Notes: generated by a model from the letters alone, not told the origin. DNA of 64,000 bases from Macrostomum lignano (GCA_002269645.1 NIVC01003949.1:3964-67963), one strand, 5' to 3'; counted from the stretch's first letter, positions 36,255 through 49,328 are shown. Made by a program: numbers and translations.

Positions 36255-36402
36255 GTGTCGAGTCCGTTACTATTAACAGCTAATCGTGTCTACCTGTGGG
36301 TGAAATTTCAAAGCAATCACCAAATCCAAGGCGCAGGATTTCAGATGACAGTAACTACAGTGACTGACATCACTTCTGTTAGCAACAGCACGCCTGTAAA
36401 AT
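36255..36402 (+). CDS. CUB-LDLa-TM receptor, end of CUB domain
   Basis: TTTCAG acceptor; NRVYLWVKFQSNHQIQGAGFQMTV is the CUB C-terminal strand; donor uncertain (phase-1 T|GTGCGT chosen to fit the next exon). Confidence 0.75.
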
Positions 36403-36429
36403 GTGCGTTGGAGATTAAAATCCCCTTTT

Positions 36430-37040
36430 CTAAGCTTAGTTGTAATTAAAATCCCATTACCTATCCCCAATTAGGATTGAAACGAAATCCCATAACATAT
36501 TACAAAATAGGATTGAAATCCCATCACATGTACCTATTCCCAATTAGGATCAAAATCCCATTACCTATCCCCAATTAGGATCGAAATCCCATCACATGTA
36601 CCTATTCCCAATTAGGATCAAAATCCCATTACCTATCCCCAATTAGGATCGAAATCCCATCACATGTACCTATTCCCAATTAGGATCAAAATCCCATTAC
36701 CTATTCCCAATTAGGATAAAAAATCCCATTACCTATTCCCAATGAAGATCAAAATCCCATTTCCTATCCCCAATTAGGGTCAAAATTCCATTACCAATTC
36801 CTAATTAGGATCAAAATCCTAGTACCTATTTTTCAATTAGGATTAAAATCCCATTACCTATCCACAGTTAGGATCAAAATCCCATTACCTATAGGATCAA
36901 AATCCCATTAGCTATAGGATCAAAATCCCATTACCTATAGGATCAAAATCCCATTACCTATTCCCATGAAGATCAAAATCCCATTGCCTATTACCAATTA
37001 AGAAGCATAATCCATTTTTTCCTAAACTGGGATAAAAATC
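36430..37040. repeat. 31-37 bp minisatellite (AATCCCATTACCTAT(C/T)CCCAATTAGGATCAA)
   Basis: Degenerate tandem units. Confidence 0.85.
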
Positions 37041-37091
37041 CCCATGTACACGTATGCATCGAATCAACATCGAGTTATCCCCTAACCGCAG

Positions 37092-37226
37092 CATGTAAAA
37101 ATAGGTACACCTGTCCGAACAAGGAGTGCGTTTATCAGGGCAGTCTGTGCGACAACATCAACGACTGCGGCTGCGATGACTATGGTTGCGACGAGACCAA
37201 ATGTTGGAAATTCGAATTTCTTAACG
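37092..37226 (+). CDS. CUB-LDLa-TM receptor, LDL-receptor class A exon
   Basis: CKNRYTCPNKECVYQGSLCDNINDCGCDDYGCDETKC; CCGCAG acceptor and G|GTGAAG donor. Confidence 0.82.
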
Positions 37227-37261
37227 GTGAAGAACTGATGGGAGTTTTACTGATTCACTAG

Positions 37262-38380
37262 GATCAATTGGGATTCAGATCCCCATAATATCAATAATTG
37301 GGATTCAGATCCCCATAATCTCAAACAATAGGGATTTAGATCCCCATAATCTCAAACAATTGGGATTCAGATCCCCATAATGTCAAACAATTGGGATTTA
37401 GATCCCCATAATGTCAAACAATTGGGATTTAGATCCCCATTTTCTCAACAATTGGGATTCAGATCCCCATTTTCTCAACAATTGGGATTCAGATCCCCAT
37501 AATCTCAAACAATTGGGATTCAGATCCCCATAATGTCAACAATTGGGATTCAGATCCCCATTTTCTCAACAATTGGGATTTAGATCCCCATTTTCTCAAA
37601 CAATTGGGATTTAGATCCCCATAATCTCAAACAATTGGGATTCAGATCCCCATAATGTCAAACAATTGGGATTTAGATCCCCATTTTCTCAACAATTGGG
37701 ATTCAGATCCCCATAATCTCAAACAATTGGGATTTAGATCCCCATAATGTCAAACAATTGGGATTTAGATCCCCATAATGTCAAACAATTGGGATTTAGA
37801 TCCCCATTTTCTCAACAATTGGGATTCAGATCCCCATTTTCTCAACAATTGGGATTCAGATCCCCATAATCTCAAACAATTGGGATTCAGATCCCCATAA
37901 TGTCAACAATTGGGATTCAGATCCCCATTTTCTCAACAATTGGGATTTAGATCCCCATAATCTCAAACAATTGGGATTCAGATCCCCATAATGTCAACAA
38001 TTGGGATTTAGATCCCCATAATGTCAACAATTGGGATTTAGATCCCCATAATGTCAAACAATTGGGATTTAGATCCCCATAATCTCAAACAATTGGGATT
38101 CAGATCCCCATAATGTCAACAATTGGGATTTAGATCCCCATAATGTCAACAATTGGGATTTAGATCCCCATAATGTCAAACAATTGGGATTCAGATCCCC
38201 ATAATGTCAACAATTGGGATTCAGATCCCCATTTTCTCAACAATTGGGATTCAGATCCCCATAATCTCAAACAATTGGGATTCAGATCCCCATAATCTCA
38301 ACAATTGGGATTTAGATCCCCATTTTCTCAACAATTGGGATTCAGATCCCCATAATGTCAAACAATTGGGATTCAGATCC
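37262..38380. repeat. 30-31 bp minisatellite AATTGGGATTCAGATCCCCATAATGTCAAAC
   Basis: About 36 units. Confidence 0.95.
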
Positions 38381-38460
38381 TATACTGACTGCAAAGATTC
38401 AAAATCTCCCCTTCACAATGGGGATAAATATCCCACTTTCCTATATTCTTTTCGTCGCAG

Positions 38461-38704
38461 ACCCGTCGGTTGTGTGGGGCCTTGGCATGGGCATCGGCCT
38501 GACGCTTTCCATCGCAGTGTTCATCATCTGCGGCTTCGTCGAGATGCCGGAGCGCAAAAGGCCCGAGTGCATGCGACGGAGGGAGAACCAAACTGGAGGC
38601 TGCCTGGGCAGGTGCGGCGCCAAGAACAAGGTGCAGCAGCAGGCACCCGAGGACGCTTTCATGGCCATGATGAAAAGGATGACCGCTGGGAAATCCCTGC
38701 AGTG
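38461..38704 (+). CDS. CUB-LDLa-TM receptor, transmembrane exon
   Basis: VVWGLGMGIGLTLSIAVFIICGFV is a TM helix; TTTTCGTCGCAG acceptor and TG|GTGAGG donor, phases consistent. Confidence 0.82.
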
Positions 38705-38744
38705 GTGAGGAAAAGGAATTTTATAGCGTGTCTAACAGATTACA

Positions 38745-39095
38745 TTGTTCATGTCTAACAGGTTGCATTATCCATGTCTAACAGGTTACATTATCCATGT
38801 CTAACAGGTTACATTATCCATGTCTAACAGGTTACATTATCCATGTCTAACAGGTTACATTATCCATGTCTAACAGGTTGCATTATCCATGTCTAACAGG
38901 TTGCATTATCCATGTATAACAGGTTACATTATCCATGTCTAACAGGTTGCATTATCCATGTCTAACAGGTTGCATTATCCATGTATAGCAGGTTACATTA
39001 TCCATGTCTAACAGGTTACATTATCCATGTCTAACAGGTTACATTATCCGTGTCTAACAGGTTACATTATCCGTGTCTAACAGGTGACATTATCC
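38745..39095. repeat. 23-bp minisatellite ACAGGTTACATTATCCATGTCTA
   Basis: About 15 units. Confidence 0.93.
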
Positions 39096-39119
39096 ATATC
39101 GAACAGTTCAAGGGGCCGC

Positions 39120-39330
39120 AAGATAAGCACTGTAGGATAAGCGCTGTAGGATAAGCGCCACAGGATAAGCGCCACAAGATAAGTGCCACAGGATAAGCGC
39201 CACAGGATAAGCGCCACAGGATAAGCGCCACAGGATAAGCGCCACATGATAAGCGCCACAGGATAAGCGCCACAGGATAAGCGCCACAGGATAAGCGCCA
39301 CAGGATAAGTGCCACAGGATAAGCGCCAAA
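39120..39330. repeat. 14-bp minisatellite CAGGATAAGCGCCA
   Basis: About 14 units directly following the 23-bp array. Confidence 0.93.
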
Positions 39331-39362
39331 CTGTATTCCGAACAACCGCAACCCTTGCGCAG

Positions 39363-39630
39363 GGAGGGCGCAGATTCGGACGAGTCCACCACTCGAAGCA
39401 GCAGTCGCGCCGACGTCTCCCGCCGGAGCTCCGTGTCGGTCGGCAGCGCCCTCGGCAGCCGACGCTCTTCGGTGTACGCGCCAACCTACGGCAACACGCT
39501 TAGCCCGAATTATTCAGCGCCAAGACCGGCGGCGTCGCCGACGACGGCGGCTGCCAACGCAGCGCCGCAGACGGAGCAGAAACCGCCGGGACCGGTGACC
39601 TTGGCCGTGCCGAAAGTGAGCTCAACTTGA
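39363..39630 (+). CDS. CUB-LDLa-TM receptor, terminal exon (Ser/Arg/Pro-rich cytoplasmic tail ending KVSST)
   Basis: TTGCGCAG acceptor completes TG+G (Trp) in frame with track ORF 39355; TGA at 39628. Confidence 0.75.
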
Positions 39631-40297
39631 GCTACTGGTGCTCAGCTGAGCAGCCTTGCTTTTGTTTTATTTGTAGATTCTTTGTTGGATATTAATAAAA
39701 ATAGTAGTCTTTGTTTGAGTATAGATGTCTTTGAGTACATGTGTCTTTGTCTGAGTACAGGTGTCTTTGTCTGAGTACAGGTGTCTTTGAGTACAGGTGT
39801 CTTTGAGTACACGTGTCTTTGTTTGAGTACGGGTTTCATCGCTTTCAAGTTTTTATTACTCTTGAAAATCGACAGACTTCAACCCTATTTCTATTTTCAA
39901 TCAACACTTCTTAAATGCTTTTTTAAAGCTTAAACTATACATTTAAGCTGTTACGTAGCTTAGTGAAAAAGCTGTTTTTCTGTACACAAGAGAATTTGTC
40001 TACCTGCAAATTACCTATCTTGCATAAAGAGAGCTCCTGGATTGACTGAATGATTTGTTTTTTATATTAAAAAGTAATTTTTTTACCTGTCATTTTTTAT
40101 TTTAAGCACTTCATAGGCTTATGGTGGCATAAGTAGACCAAGACAACCCAACTTACATACATCGAGATATTATTCGCTACCTATCTAGAGACTTTCTTAC
40201 ACGTCTAGAGACCATTAATCTAGATCTAGAGAACTGGACAATTACCTAAATGCTGTAGAACCAATCTATAAGACCCACCTGGAGCACCCCAGGAAAT

Positions 40298-40860
40298 TAA
40301 CAGTCACTGATCTAGAAACCCTGTCACTGATCTAGAGACCCTGTCACTGATCTAGAGACCCTGTCACTGATCTAGAGACCCTTTCACTGATCTAGAGACC
40401 CTGTCACTGATCTAGAGACCCTGTCACTGATCTAGAGACCCTGTCACTGATCTAGAGACCCTGTCACTGATCTAGAGAACCTGTCACTGATCTAGAGACC
40501 CTGTCACTGATCTAGAGACCCTGTCACTGATCTAGAGACCCTGTCACTGATTTAGAGACCCTGTCACTGATCTAGAGACCCTAAGTCACTGATCTATATA
40601 TCCTGTCACTGATCTAGAGACCCTAAGTCACGGATCTATATATCCTGTCACTGATCTATAGACCCTGTCACTGATCTATAGACCCTGTCACTGATCTATA
40701 TATCCTTTCACTGATCTATAGACCCTGTCACTGATCTAGAGACCCTAAGTCACGGATCTATACATCCTGTCACTGATCTATAGACCCTGTCACTGATCTA
40801 TAGACCCTGTCACTAATTTACAGACCGTCACTGATCTTTAGACATCTCGATAGACATCTA
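40298..40860. repeat. 20-bp minisatellite CTGTCACTGATCTAGAGACC
   Basis: About 27 units. Confidence 0.93.
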
Positions 40861-41556
40861 GAGACCCTACATTTCGCTCGTATGTACCATCATTGCTTTC
40901 ACAAAGCAATATCTTTGCCTCTGTCAACAGAAAGCCAGATGCAGGAAAGTCTTCCTTCCACTAATTGGCGCAGCTGTGTTCAGCGCTATGCCAAAAATAG
41001 ACAGACAGATGGCCCTCCTGTCAACGGCAAAAGAGAAAAAGTATAATTCATAACTTATGGGTCCGCTGCAGTTGCAGTTTCTTTTTTGCAAAAGAAACCG
41101 AAAGTGTGTAACAAAAAGACAGTCGGTCACGGGAGGCTAAAAGTACACGGGGCAGTAACCTCTGCAGAACAGCTGTCGTAGGAGTGAAGGTCGGTTAGAT
41201 CCTAATCGCACCTCTGCCAGCAAAGAACAGAAAATCTTCTTTTCGAAGAAACTGTCGATCAACCGGAAAAGCTCCTGTCTTCTGGAGTCTGTTGGCGGGC
41301 TGCTTTGGTTAGAAGAAATACTCACTTGGTAAAGACAGTCCGGCTCTCTCGGGATTAAAGTGAGTTACTCGTAGTGGGTAGCCAGTCCAGCCTATCGATT
41401 TATCTGCCACTGGCTGGTCTGGCTTCAAATAATTCTCCCGGGGCCTGCCAACCAACTGCCGAGCGACAGATTTCCAGCTGTCTACCAGTGAGACTCTCGT
41501 GTTAAAACATCAAAGTCCAGAGGTCGGCAAACTCCCTTGATTCGATTCCGACGCGC

Positions 41557-41598
41557 TGACTGACTGACTAACTAACTAACTGACTAACTGACTAACTG

Positions 41599-41629
<31 letters not shown>

Positions 41630-41690
41630 GACTAACTAACTAACTGACTAACTGACTAACTGACTAACTAACTAACTAACTAACTAACTG

Positions 41691-41737
<47 letters not shown>

Positions 41738-41750
41738 GACTAACTAACTG

Positions 41751-41793
<43 letters not shown>

Positions 41794-41854
41794 GACTAAC
41801 TAACTGACTAACTAACTAACTAACTGACTAACTAACTAACTAACTAACTAACTG

Positions 41855-41898
<44 letters not shown>

Positions 41899-41934
41899 CC
41901 TAACTAACAAACTAACTAACTAACTAACTAACTG

Positions 41935-41977
<43 letters not shown>

Positions 41978-41990
41978 GACTAACTAACTG

Positions 41991-42041
<51 letters not shown>

Positions 42042-42102
42042 GACTAACTAACTGACTAACTAACTAACTAACTGACTAACTAACTAACTAACTAACTAAC
42101 TG

Positions 42103-42134
<32 letters not shown>

Positions 42135-42135
42135 C

Positions 42136-42169
<34 letters not shown>

Positions 42170-42191
42170 GACTAACTAACTGACTAACTAG

Positions 42192-42225
<34 letters not shown>

Positions 42226-42226
42226 G

Positions 42227-42261
<35 letters not shown>

Positions 42262-42420
42262 GTCTTACTAACTAACTAACTAACTAAGTGACTAACTAAC
42301 TAAATAAATAAATAATTAACTAACTAACTAACTAACTGACTAACTAAAATAACTAACTAACTAACTGTCTTACTAACTAACTAACTAACTAACTGACTGT
42401 CTAACTAACAAATTAACTAA
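41557..42420. repeat. (CTAA)n microsatellite with CTGA interruptions
   Basis: About 860 bp, read directly. Confidence 0.97.
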
Positions 42421-43539
42421 CTTAGTTACTAGCACACTGTGAAAATTAACTTTCAATTAAATGTGCACTTCTCAATAAAGATTGTTCAGAAAAATAAACA
42501 AACCACCTGTCTGTCTGCCTCTCCATCGTGAGACTGTGGGTTTTGCCGCTCAATTGGTGTGGGAAAATTCAGTGGATCAATAACTCTTGCATAAGCAAAC
42601 AGAATCCCGTAGTGTAAACCCTTTATTAGCATCGATTCTCAAGGCCCAGGGAGTGAACTGATTAGGAAGATTGCCATAGCAGTGGCATTGCCCAATCCGC
42701 TTGTAATCAGTTTAAAATCGACATTCTGTAGGAATATTGTGTAAAACTTTGATGCATAGTGCTTATAACATAAATATTATACTAGTGCATAGTAGCAGAG
42801 CAGTAGACTTGCTCGCAAATTGTGTCGGAAACAGAACGAGGTCAGACGGGAGAGAGTGAAGGCGAGGGAGAGGATCGAGAAGGGAGAGAGAGAGTTAAGG
42901 AGCGAGGAGTGAGTGAGAGGCGAAGGCAGCTGCTGCCTCTGCTGGGTAGTTTCTGGACCTTGGCCAATAAAATCGAAGCCCCACATGGCCAGCCAGAGAG
43001 CCTCAATACCCAGGCTTCCCACCCAAGGACCCGCTGATCCCGAATGCTTGGCCCTCTCGGTTTCGTTCGCCTCCGTTTCTAACTCTCGTCCTCCCTCTCT
43101 CCCCCTTCTATTTCCCCTCTCACTTCAGTCTCTGCCAGTCTTAAAGCTCTGTCGTTCAAAATTGTTCAATCCTTGACAGTTGGGGAACCTCGTTGTCCCC
43201 CAGTTAATTCCCTCAACTCCCCTCTCTACTCCCTTTGCTTCTTAGCCAAGGGTTCAAGAAATAGGACACCAAAAAAATCCGAGGCAAAACTCAAACTTCA
43301 CTTGTTTTTGTTCGACCAGATCGGAAAGGTAAGGCGAATCATGGCTGATGGATTTCTGGCTTGTAGTTGTAGGTGATGTAGGTGATAATGATTATTTGGG
43401 CCAAGCCCCAAGGCAGAGACCTTTTTATAGGAACCCGACTTTTATTACTTTCATTATTAATCAGACTTTTATCAGGCACCTGACTTTTATTACTTAATTT
43501 GGCACCAAAAGCAGCTGGCATCAGCTGCTTTGCATGAAT

Positions 43540-43930
43540 GCATTTTACTGCAGGGTGACAAAACATAGCGCCTGCGGCGCTAAAATGAGCGCCTGCGGCG
43601 CTAAAATGAGTGCCTGCGGCGCTAAAATGAGTGCCTGCGGCGCTGAAATGAATGCCTGCGGCGCTAAAATGAGTGCCTGCGGCGCTAAAATGAGTGCCTG
43701 CGGCGCTAAAATGAGTGACTGCGGCGCTAAAATGAGTGCCTGCGGCGCCAAAATGAGTGCCTGCGGGGCTAAAATGAGTGCCTGCGGGGCTAAAATGGGT
43801 GCTGACAACACCGGTTCTAAAAGTAATTGGTACATGATAATTTTTATAAAAAAATGGAAAAATCTAACTCGACAGGGGGCCGCCACTGAACCTGCCCCCC
43901 CCCCAAATTTTTGAAACGTTCCTACGCCTG
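43540..43930 (-). mobile_element. Inverted copy of the 21-bp VNTR module (about 11 units) with a CAGGCGTAGGAAC-type head
   Basis: Minus strand: CAGGCGTAGGAACG...G-run...GTTGTCAGC + (CACTCATTTTAGCGCCGCAGG)n + TGTCACCCTGCAG; the same array flanks as in 52429-54501. Confidence 0.75.
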
Positions 43931-44039
43931 TCTCAAAATACGAGTAGGATGTCCTGAAGAGATGGAGTATCAGAGTTTCTTTATTCAGTAACGATCCTCA
44001 CTGTCTCCTCTCTGGATTTCAACAGTCAGTCGGAGAGAC

Positions 44040-44777
44040 ATGCCAGGCTACGACGCTCTGAACACGCAGACAGCCCCAAGCAAGTCGGTGTTCGACAGTC
44101 AGCAACTGTCCAGACCGGCTGCCTACCGGCACTGCGGCCGCGCCAGCCTCATTATCGGCATTGTCTGCATCCTGGCCGAGGTGTCCGTGTTCGTGCTCAA
44201 ACGCGGCCTCACCACACTGGGCGTGGGCATCTGGACTGGAGCGACATTTGTAATGTTCGGCGCAGCGAGCATGGCGGTGCCAAAAACTCGGAGCGTCTGC
44301 AGCGTCAACACCTGCTTCGCCATGGCCCTGTGCTCCATGGCCATCTGCGTACTCGGCGTCCTGGCCTGCATAGTCCACATCCTGATGCTGCACTCCATCC
44401 TGCAGTACAATTACACTCCGCGGCCGAATTTTGAGTTGACCTGTGAAATCTGCGGCCTGGCAATCATCATGAAGGAAGTTGGTCAGGTGGTGCTGCTGCT
44501 GGCTCAGTTCCTCGTCTCCCTGGCGCTGCTGTACTTCGCTTACACCGACTGCTTGTGCTGCCGGGCCACCGAGACTGAGGTCATCATGCAGGGCGGCTCG
44601 GGCCCGGCAAAACCTGCAGCTGCCCCTGCGGTCCCGGGTTCGATCGCTGTGAACATGCAGGCCATGCAGGGCTCGACGAATCATCAGTCCAGCCAGGGTG
44701 GCAACGTGTTCTCTCAGCTGGCCTCGGCCAGAATCGGCGGAGCCAGCGCCTCCGGCCCCATGCTGTACGAACTCTGA
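44040..44777 (+). CDS. MS4A/CD20-like four-pass membrane protein (245 aa), coding region in one exon
   Basis: Four hydrophobic segments, GIWTGATFVMFG motif typical of the CD20-like family, Cys-rich juxtamembrane tail; acceptor TTTCAACAG at 44025 and candidate upstream donor AAG|GTAAGG at 43329. Confidence 0.8.
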   Translation: MPGYDALNTQTAPSKSVFDSQQLSRPAAYRHCGRASLIIGIVCILAEVSVFVLKRGLTTLGVGIWTGATFVMFGAASMAVPKTRSVCSVNTCFAMALCSMAICVLGVLACIVHILMLHSILQYNYTPRPNFELTCEICGLAIIMKEVGQVVLLLAQFLVSLALLYFAYTDCLCCRATETEVIMQGGSGPAKPAAAPAVPGSIAVNMQAMQGSTNHQSSQGGNVFSQLASARIGGASASGPMLYEL

Positions 44778-45300
44778 TGTGAATTTTGTGAGCTGAATTT
44801 CGTGTTTTACTGCTGTTAATTATTAGTTAATAACTGAAATGCATTGTACATACGCATACGACTTTAGTGGATCGTATTTTTTAAGATCAGTTATCTTCTT
44901 AAATGCAAATCTGAACTCTAAATTGAACTTGAAGAATGGCAATTTTTAAGAAGAAAGAATTTTTAAAGCTAATTTTCTTGCTGTTTTTCTTCTTGTTACA
45001 AAAAGAATCAATTATTATTTATTATTCACCTCAGACGTATCTTAGCACACGACTGCTCTTGCCCAGAAAATTGCTTCTTGAAAGATTTTTTTCACTATCT
45101 CTTCAACCAAGTGTTTTTTATGCGTATTTGTCATACAAGCACAAGAAAACACTGGAGCAGACGGAGAACCTTAAAGTAATTTCTGCGTGTTTTGTTTTAA
45201 TTTTATTTTGAAGTGAGTCGTTCGTTTCTTTAATTGGTTTATTTAAAAGGAGGAGTGTGAGACTGTAAGACTACAAGAGTCTAACAGAGGCTATTAAAGA

Positions 45301-45757
45301 GTCAGACACTGCTTGAGAAATGACGAGAGGGTCAGACACTGCATGAGAAATTATGAGAGGGTCAGACACTGCATGAGAAATTATGAGAGGGTCAGACACT
45401 GCATGAGAAATTATGAGAGGGTCAGACACTGCATGAGAAATTATGAGAGGGTCAGACACTGCATGAGAAATTATGAGAGGGTCAGACACTGCATGAGAAA
45501 TTATGAGAGGGTCAGACACTGCATGAGAAATTATGAGAGGGTCAGACACTGCATGAGAAATTATGAGAGGGTCAGACACTGCATGAAAAATTATGAGAGG
45601 GTCAGACACTGCATGAGAAATTATGAGAGGGTCAGACACTGCTTGAGAAATGATGAGAGAGTCACACACTGCTTGAGAAATGATGAGAGAGTCACACACT
45701 GCTTGAGAAATGACCAGAGAGTCAGACACTGCTTGAGAGATGACCAGAGAGTCAGAC
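45301..45757. repeat. 30-bp minisatellite GTCAGACACTGCATGAGAAATTATGAGAGG
   Basis: About 15 nearly perfect units. Confidence 0.95.
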
Positions 45758-47794
45758 CCGGTTCTGCAAGGAAACTGTTAAAACACAGAAATATACAAAA
45801 ATTAAAATAAATCCACCAGATTCATAATTATAATTGAAATTCAAGAGAATTTTATAAATATTTTATGTGCTTTCTCTGCGATTTATTTAGCAGAAAAGAA
45901 GGTATTGAAGCATTTTCTATATTCACAAGCAGTTCGTGCAAAGCAAAACACTTCACAATACAGAAAATCGTTAAATTATTTATGGAAAATGACAGAACAG
46001 AAAAGTCGAGATGCGGTTTACATAATAAAACTGGCGAGGCACAATGGGACACTTCAAAATACAAAGTTGCATGCAATCACATTTTAGCCGACTTGCAATT
46101 GTACACTAAAAGCGACAGAGACACGAAACAATAGTTTTTAGTTTCTTAATAGATGAGAAAGCATATCGATCTTTTACTTTTTTGGTGCTCTTGAGAATAG
46201 ATATTCTCTATTTACTGTCTTTTTAACTACTGTTAATCAGTAGTGTAAGCGAATGTTTCAGGGCTGGCTCTTTTTTTTATTTTCAATATCAAAATATGCA
46301 ATCTCAAGGGCCAACTCGTGTGTTTGAAAATTGACTTATCGAAGGAAATTCAGGTAAAGTATCGGCGTAGAAACACGGAACAGTAATTATATTGGGTGAC
46401 AGACGAAACCGGTACATTGTAATTCATCAAGATTACACGAAATTTAACTCGATTATTATTTTAACTCAGAAACGTCACAGTTACCATAGAAAAGTGTTTT
46501 TAAAACATTAGGTGTAGTTAAACTCGTGGGCGTTAATTGTTTTGTTATAGTGCGTGTTGCAGACTATAGATTTTTGAAAACGCGACAATATTTAACAAAA
46601 AAATCTAGCTGGTAATTTGCCAATGAAGCTTGTTGAGTTACTCGACGTAAGTTGTATTAAATATGTGCTCGCGAAATTCATAGCGCTTACTACTCTCGCA
46701 GAAGTGTACTTTTCACAGGTATAAAATGCAGGTATGCGGTACAGGACCTTACCGAAACACACACAATATATATAGAACTCAGTGTGGATTATAACAAATT
46801 GATACGTTATTACAATGGAAATCGAAGCAGATTCACGTAATGTAAAAGCAAATTTAGAAATTTCTAATTTATGTTAAAAAATAAAAATTCACTTCGTCGT
46901 CAGTGACACAGTCAGTTAAAATCAATTGCTACACACAATAATAGCCAAACAATGTTATAACTAAATTTTTTCTTTAACGTTACATACGCACAAACCACAT
47001 ACATTTGCTCACAGAGCTCCCTACAGCGACACTCAAATTTTGGGCTTCTGCAAAGTTTATGTCGATGTCCGAAATTATTACCAGTTGCATATATCCGCCT
47101 CGTGTATGCATGTAGCTAAACAGAAATTGCAAATGTCTATGGCCATTCTGTCTCCTCATTTGCCAGGTTAGGACCATAGACAACTTTTAAGGGTTCTAAT
47201 TATAGGCTTAGATTCACCGTCAATTGAGTCAAGCCTTTTGGAAGATAATCGATTTCGTACAAACAAACAAACAAACCATTTTTAGTATATGGATGCTGAA
47301 TATTGTTGTGAATGGGACGTAACTTCCAGTGAGTGAAACGAGTATGAGAGCGTGCTAAAGTTTGGCTACGAAAAGTCCAACTCCTTTGTGAAACTAGAGA
47401 CTGCAGAATTTCACTCATTGAATAAGAGTTTTTAGTGCTTGCAAGAGTGCCATATATGTTGCCGCAATGAAGGACTCACTTCTTGCACACTTGCCTTTCT
47501 CCCCTTCACACGATACTGTTTTTTAAACGTACTTTCCTACAACCGACAAAAATTTAGATATGCAAGAAAATACAGCCTTACTACATCAGCCATAGAAACA
47601 ACAACTCAATGTCACTATGTAGACTCGTCTAGTTCGATCAGGTGCTTACGGTAATTAAGCTCTCTGGTCGGTTATACTGCCGGCTTGGGCGACTTGCAGC
47701 CTCCCGGCCAGCCATCGGACTGGTGGCTGAGCTCTCCAGACCGTTGACAGCTGCGGTTGGTTTGAGTTGAGATGAGGCGTTACATGTGGGTAGT

Positions 47795-47954
47795 TAGTTG
47801 GTTATTTAGTTAGTTAGTTAGTTAGCTAGTTAGTTAGTTAGTTAGTCAGTTAGTTAGTCAGTTAGTCAGTTAGTTAGTTAGTTAGTTAGTTAGTCAGTTA
47901 GTTAGTTAGTCAGTTAGTTAGTTAGCTAGTTAGTTAGTTAGTTAGTTAGTTAGC

Positions 47955-48005
<51 letters not shown>

Positions 48006-48195
48006 CTAGTTAGTTAGTCAGTTAGTCAGTTAGTTAGTCAGTTAGTTAGTTAGTTAGTTAGTCAGTTAGCTAGTTAGTCAGTTAGTTAGTTAGTTAGCTA
48101 GTTAGTTAGTTAGTTAGTCAGTTAGTCAGTTAGTCAGTTAGTTAGTTAGTTAGTTAGTTAGTCAGTCAGTTAGTTAGTTAGTCAGTCAGTTAGCT
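47795..48195. repeat. (TTAG)n microsatellite with TCAG interruptions
   Basis: About 400 bp; reverse complement of the 41557 array. Confidence 0.97.
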
Positions 48196-49057
48196 ATTTC
48201 AGGAACTCACTGTTGAAATTGGAGGCGTGAGACACCACCCTCGGCTCCCCGGGGCTGTGCGCGTCGCGATGATTGTCGTCTGAAAGCGATCGAGGGAAAA
48301 AACTGTTTATATTTTCGGAATATTTCTCCACTGTAAAACGACAAAAATTTTAGCATTTAAATCAAGCGTCACTCATGCCGTGGTAAAAATATTCAATCAA
48401 TGAGATGTTTCGTACTATTAAATCATTTTAGGAGTATAGCTAATTTTCAGTACGTCCATCATGCTTAAATAACGAAAAAGTGGCTACAGATTATTTGATT
48501 TCGCGAGACCAACAAAAACAATAATATTTTACTTGTTAATTGAAGATATTGTTGGTTCTTATAATGTGTCACAGAAAAAAAATATTAATTAGGCTGTTTG
48601 TTAGTCGTAATAACACTTTAACAATATCGAAAAAGCAAAATACTCCTTATTTTGTAATTAAAATTAGAAATTAAAGTCGTAGCATTTTTAAAACAGAAAG
48701 AAGAGTATCGTCATTTGTTGCTTTTAACTAAACAAAAATATTTTCTGACGTTTGAATAGGCATTAAATTTTTGCCCCCCCCCCTACTGAATCTAGTAGTC
48801 TGTAAAGTATATTACATTCGATACATATTTTAGAAAGTTTTATCGGTTCCATATCGATGGATGTTTAAAATATTTTGCTCTGAAACTCAATCATTAGTTG
48901 CTATGCAGTTATAGAGCAGAGTAAGTAAAAATTTCTACGAGAAACCAAGGTTAAGTCGAGACAAAATTCGAAGACAGTATTATAGGTTATTATTATAGAG
49001 GATTAAATATATTCGATTGCTTGAACTTTAGCACAGGTGGCTTTGTCTAAAAAACTG

Positions 49058-49328
49058 TTAGAAAAAGTATATTGATAGAGGGGTACCGCTGTCATCGTCA
49101 TTAGCAGACGAAGCCCTCGGACTGAGCGAAATCGGCTGCTCAACGGAGGCCAAAACTGGCTCAGCTTCGAGTTGAATCACGGCAGCTCTTCGAGCGCCCA
49201 GCTGCATCGCCGAGCTGTTGCAGAGCGCTGTTGAATCGCCTCCGCTGCTTAGCAGCATCGGCAGGTGGTCCTCTTTTATACCTGATCGACATTCGAGAAC
49301 GATCGGTTTTTCGGGTTTTCTTAGTTTG
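49058..49328 (-). CDS. Possible terminal exon of the Shaw/Kv3 gene
   Basis: GC-rich island with a TGTTGTCCAG acceptor and an open frame (KLRKPEKPIVLEC...), but its phase (2) does not match the consensus donor at 51406 (phase 1). Confidence 0.35.

Noticed and set aside
41130-41520. Possible minus-strand exon ending at a GTGAGT donor near 41325
   Set aside because: The roughly 60-codon open frame has no start, no clear acceptor, no recognisable domain and no partner exon.
45865-47650. Possible highly decayed transposase (RCGLHNK...ACNHI)
   Set aside because: Only a faint motif resemblance; no catalytic motifs or termini found.
47795-48195. Interstitial telomere
   Set aside because: The unit is TTAG, not TTAGGG or TTAGG; ordinary tetranucleotide microsatellite.
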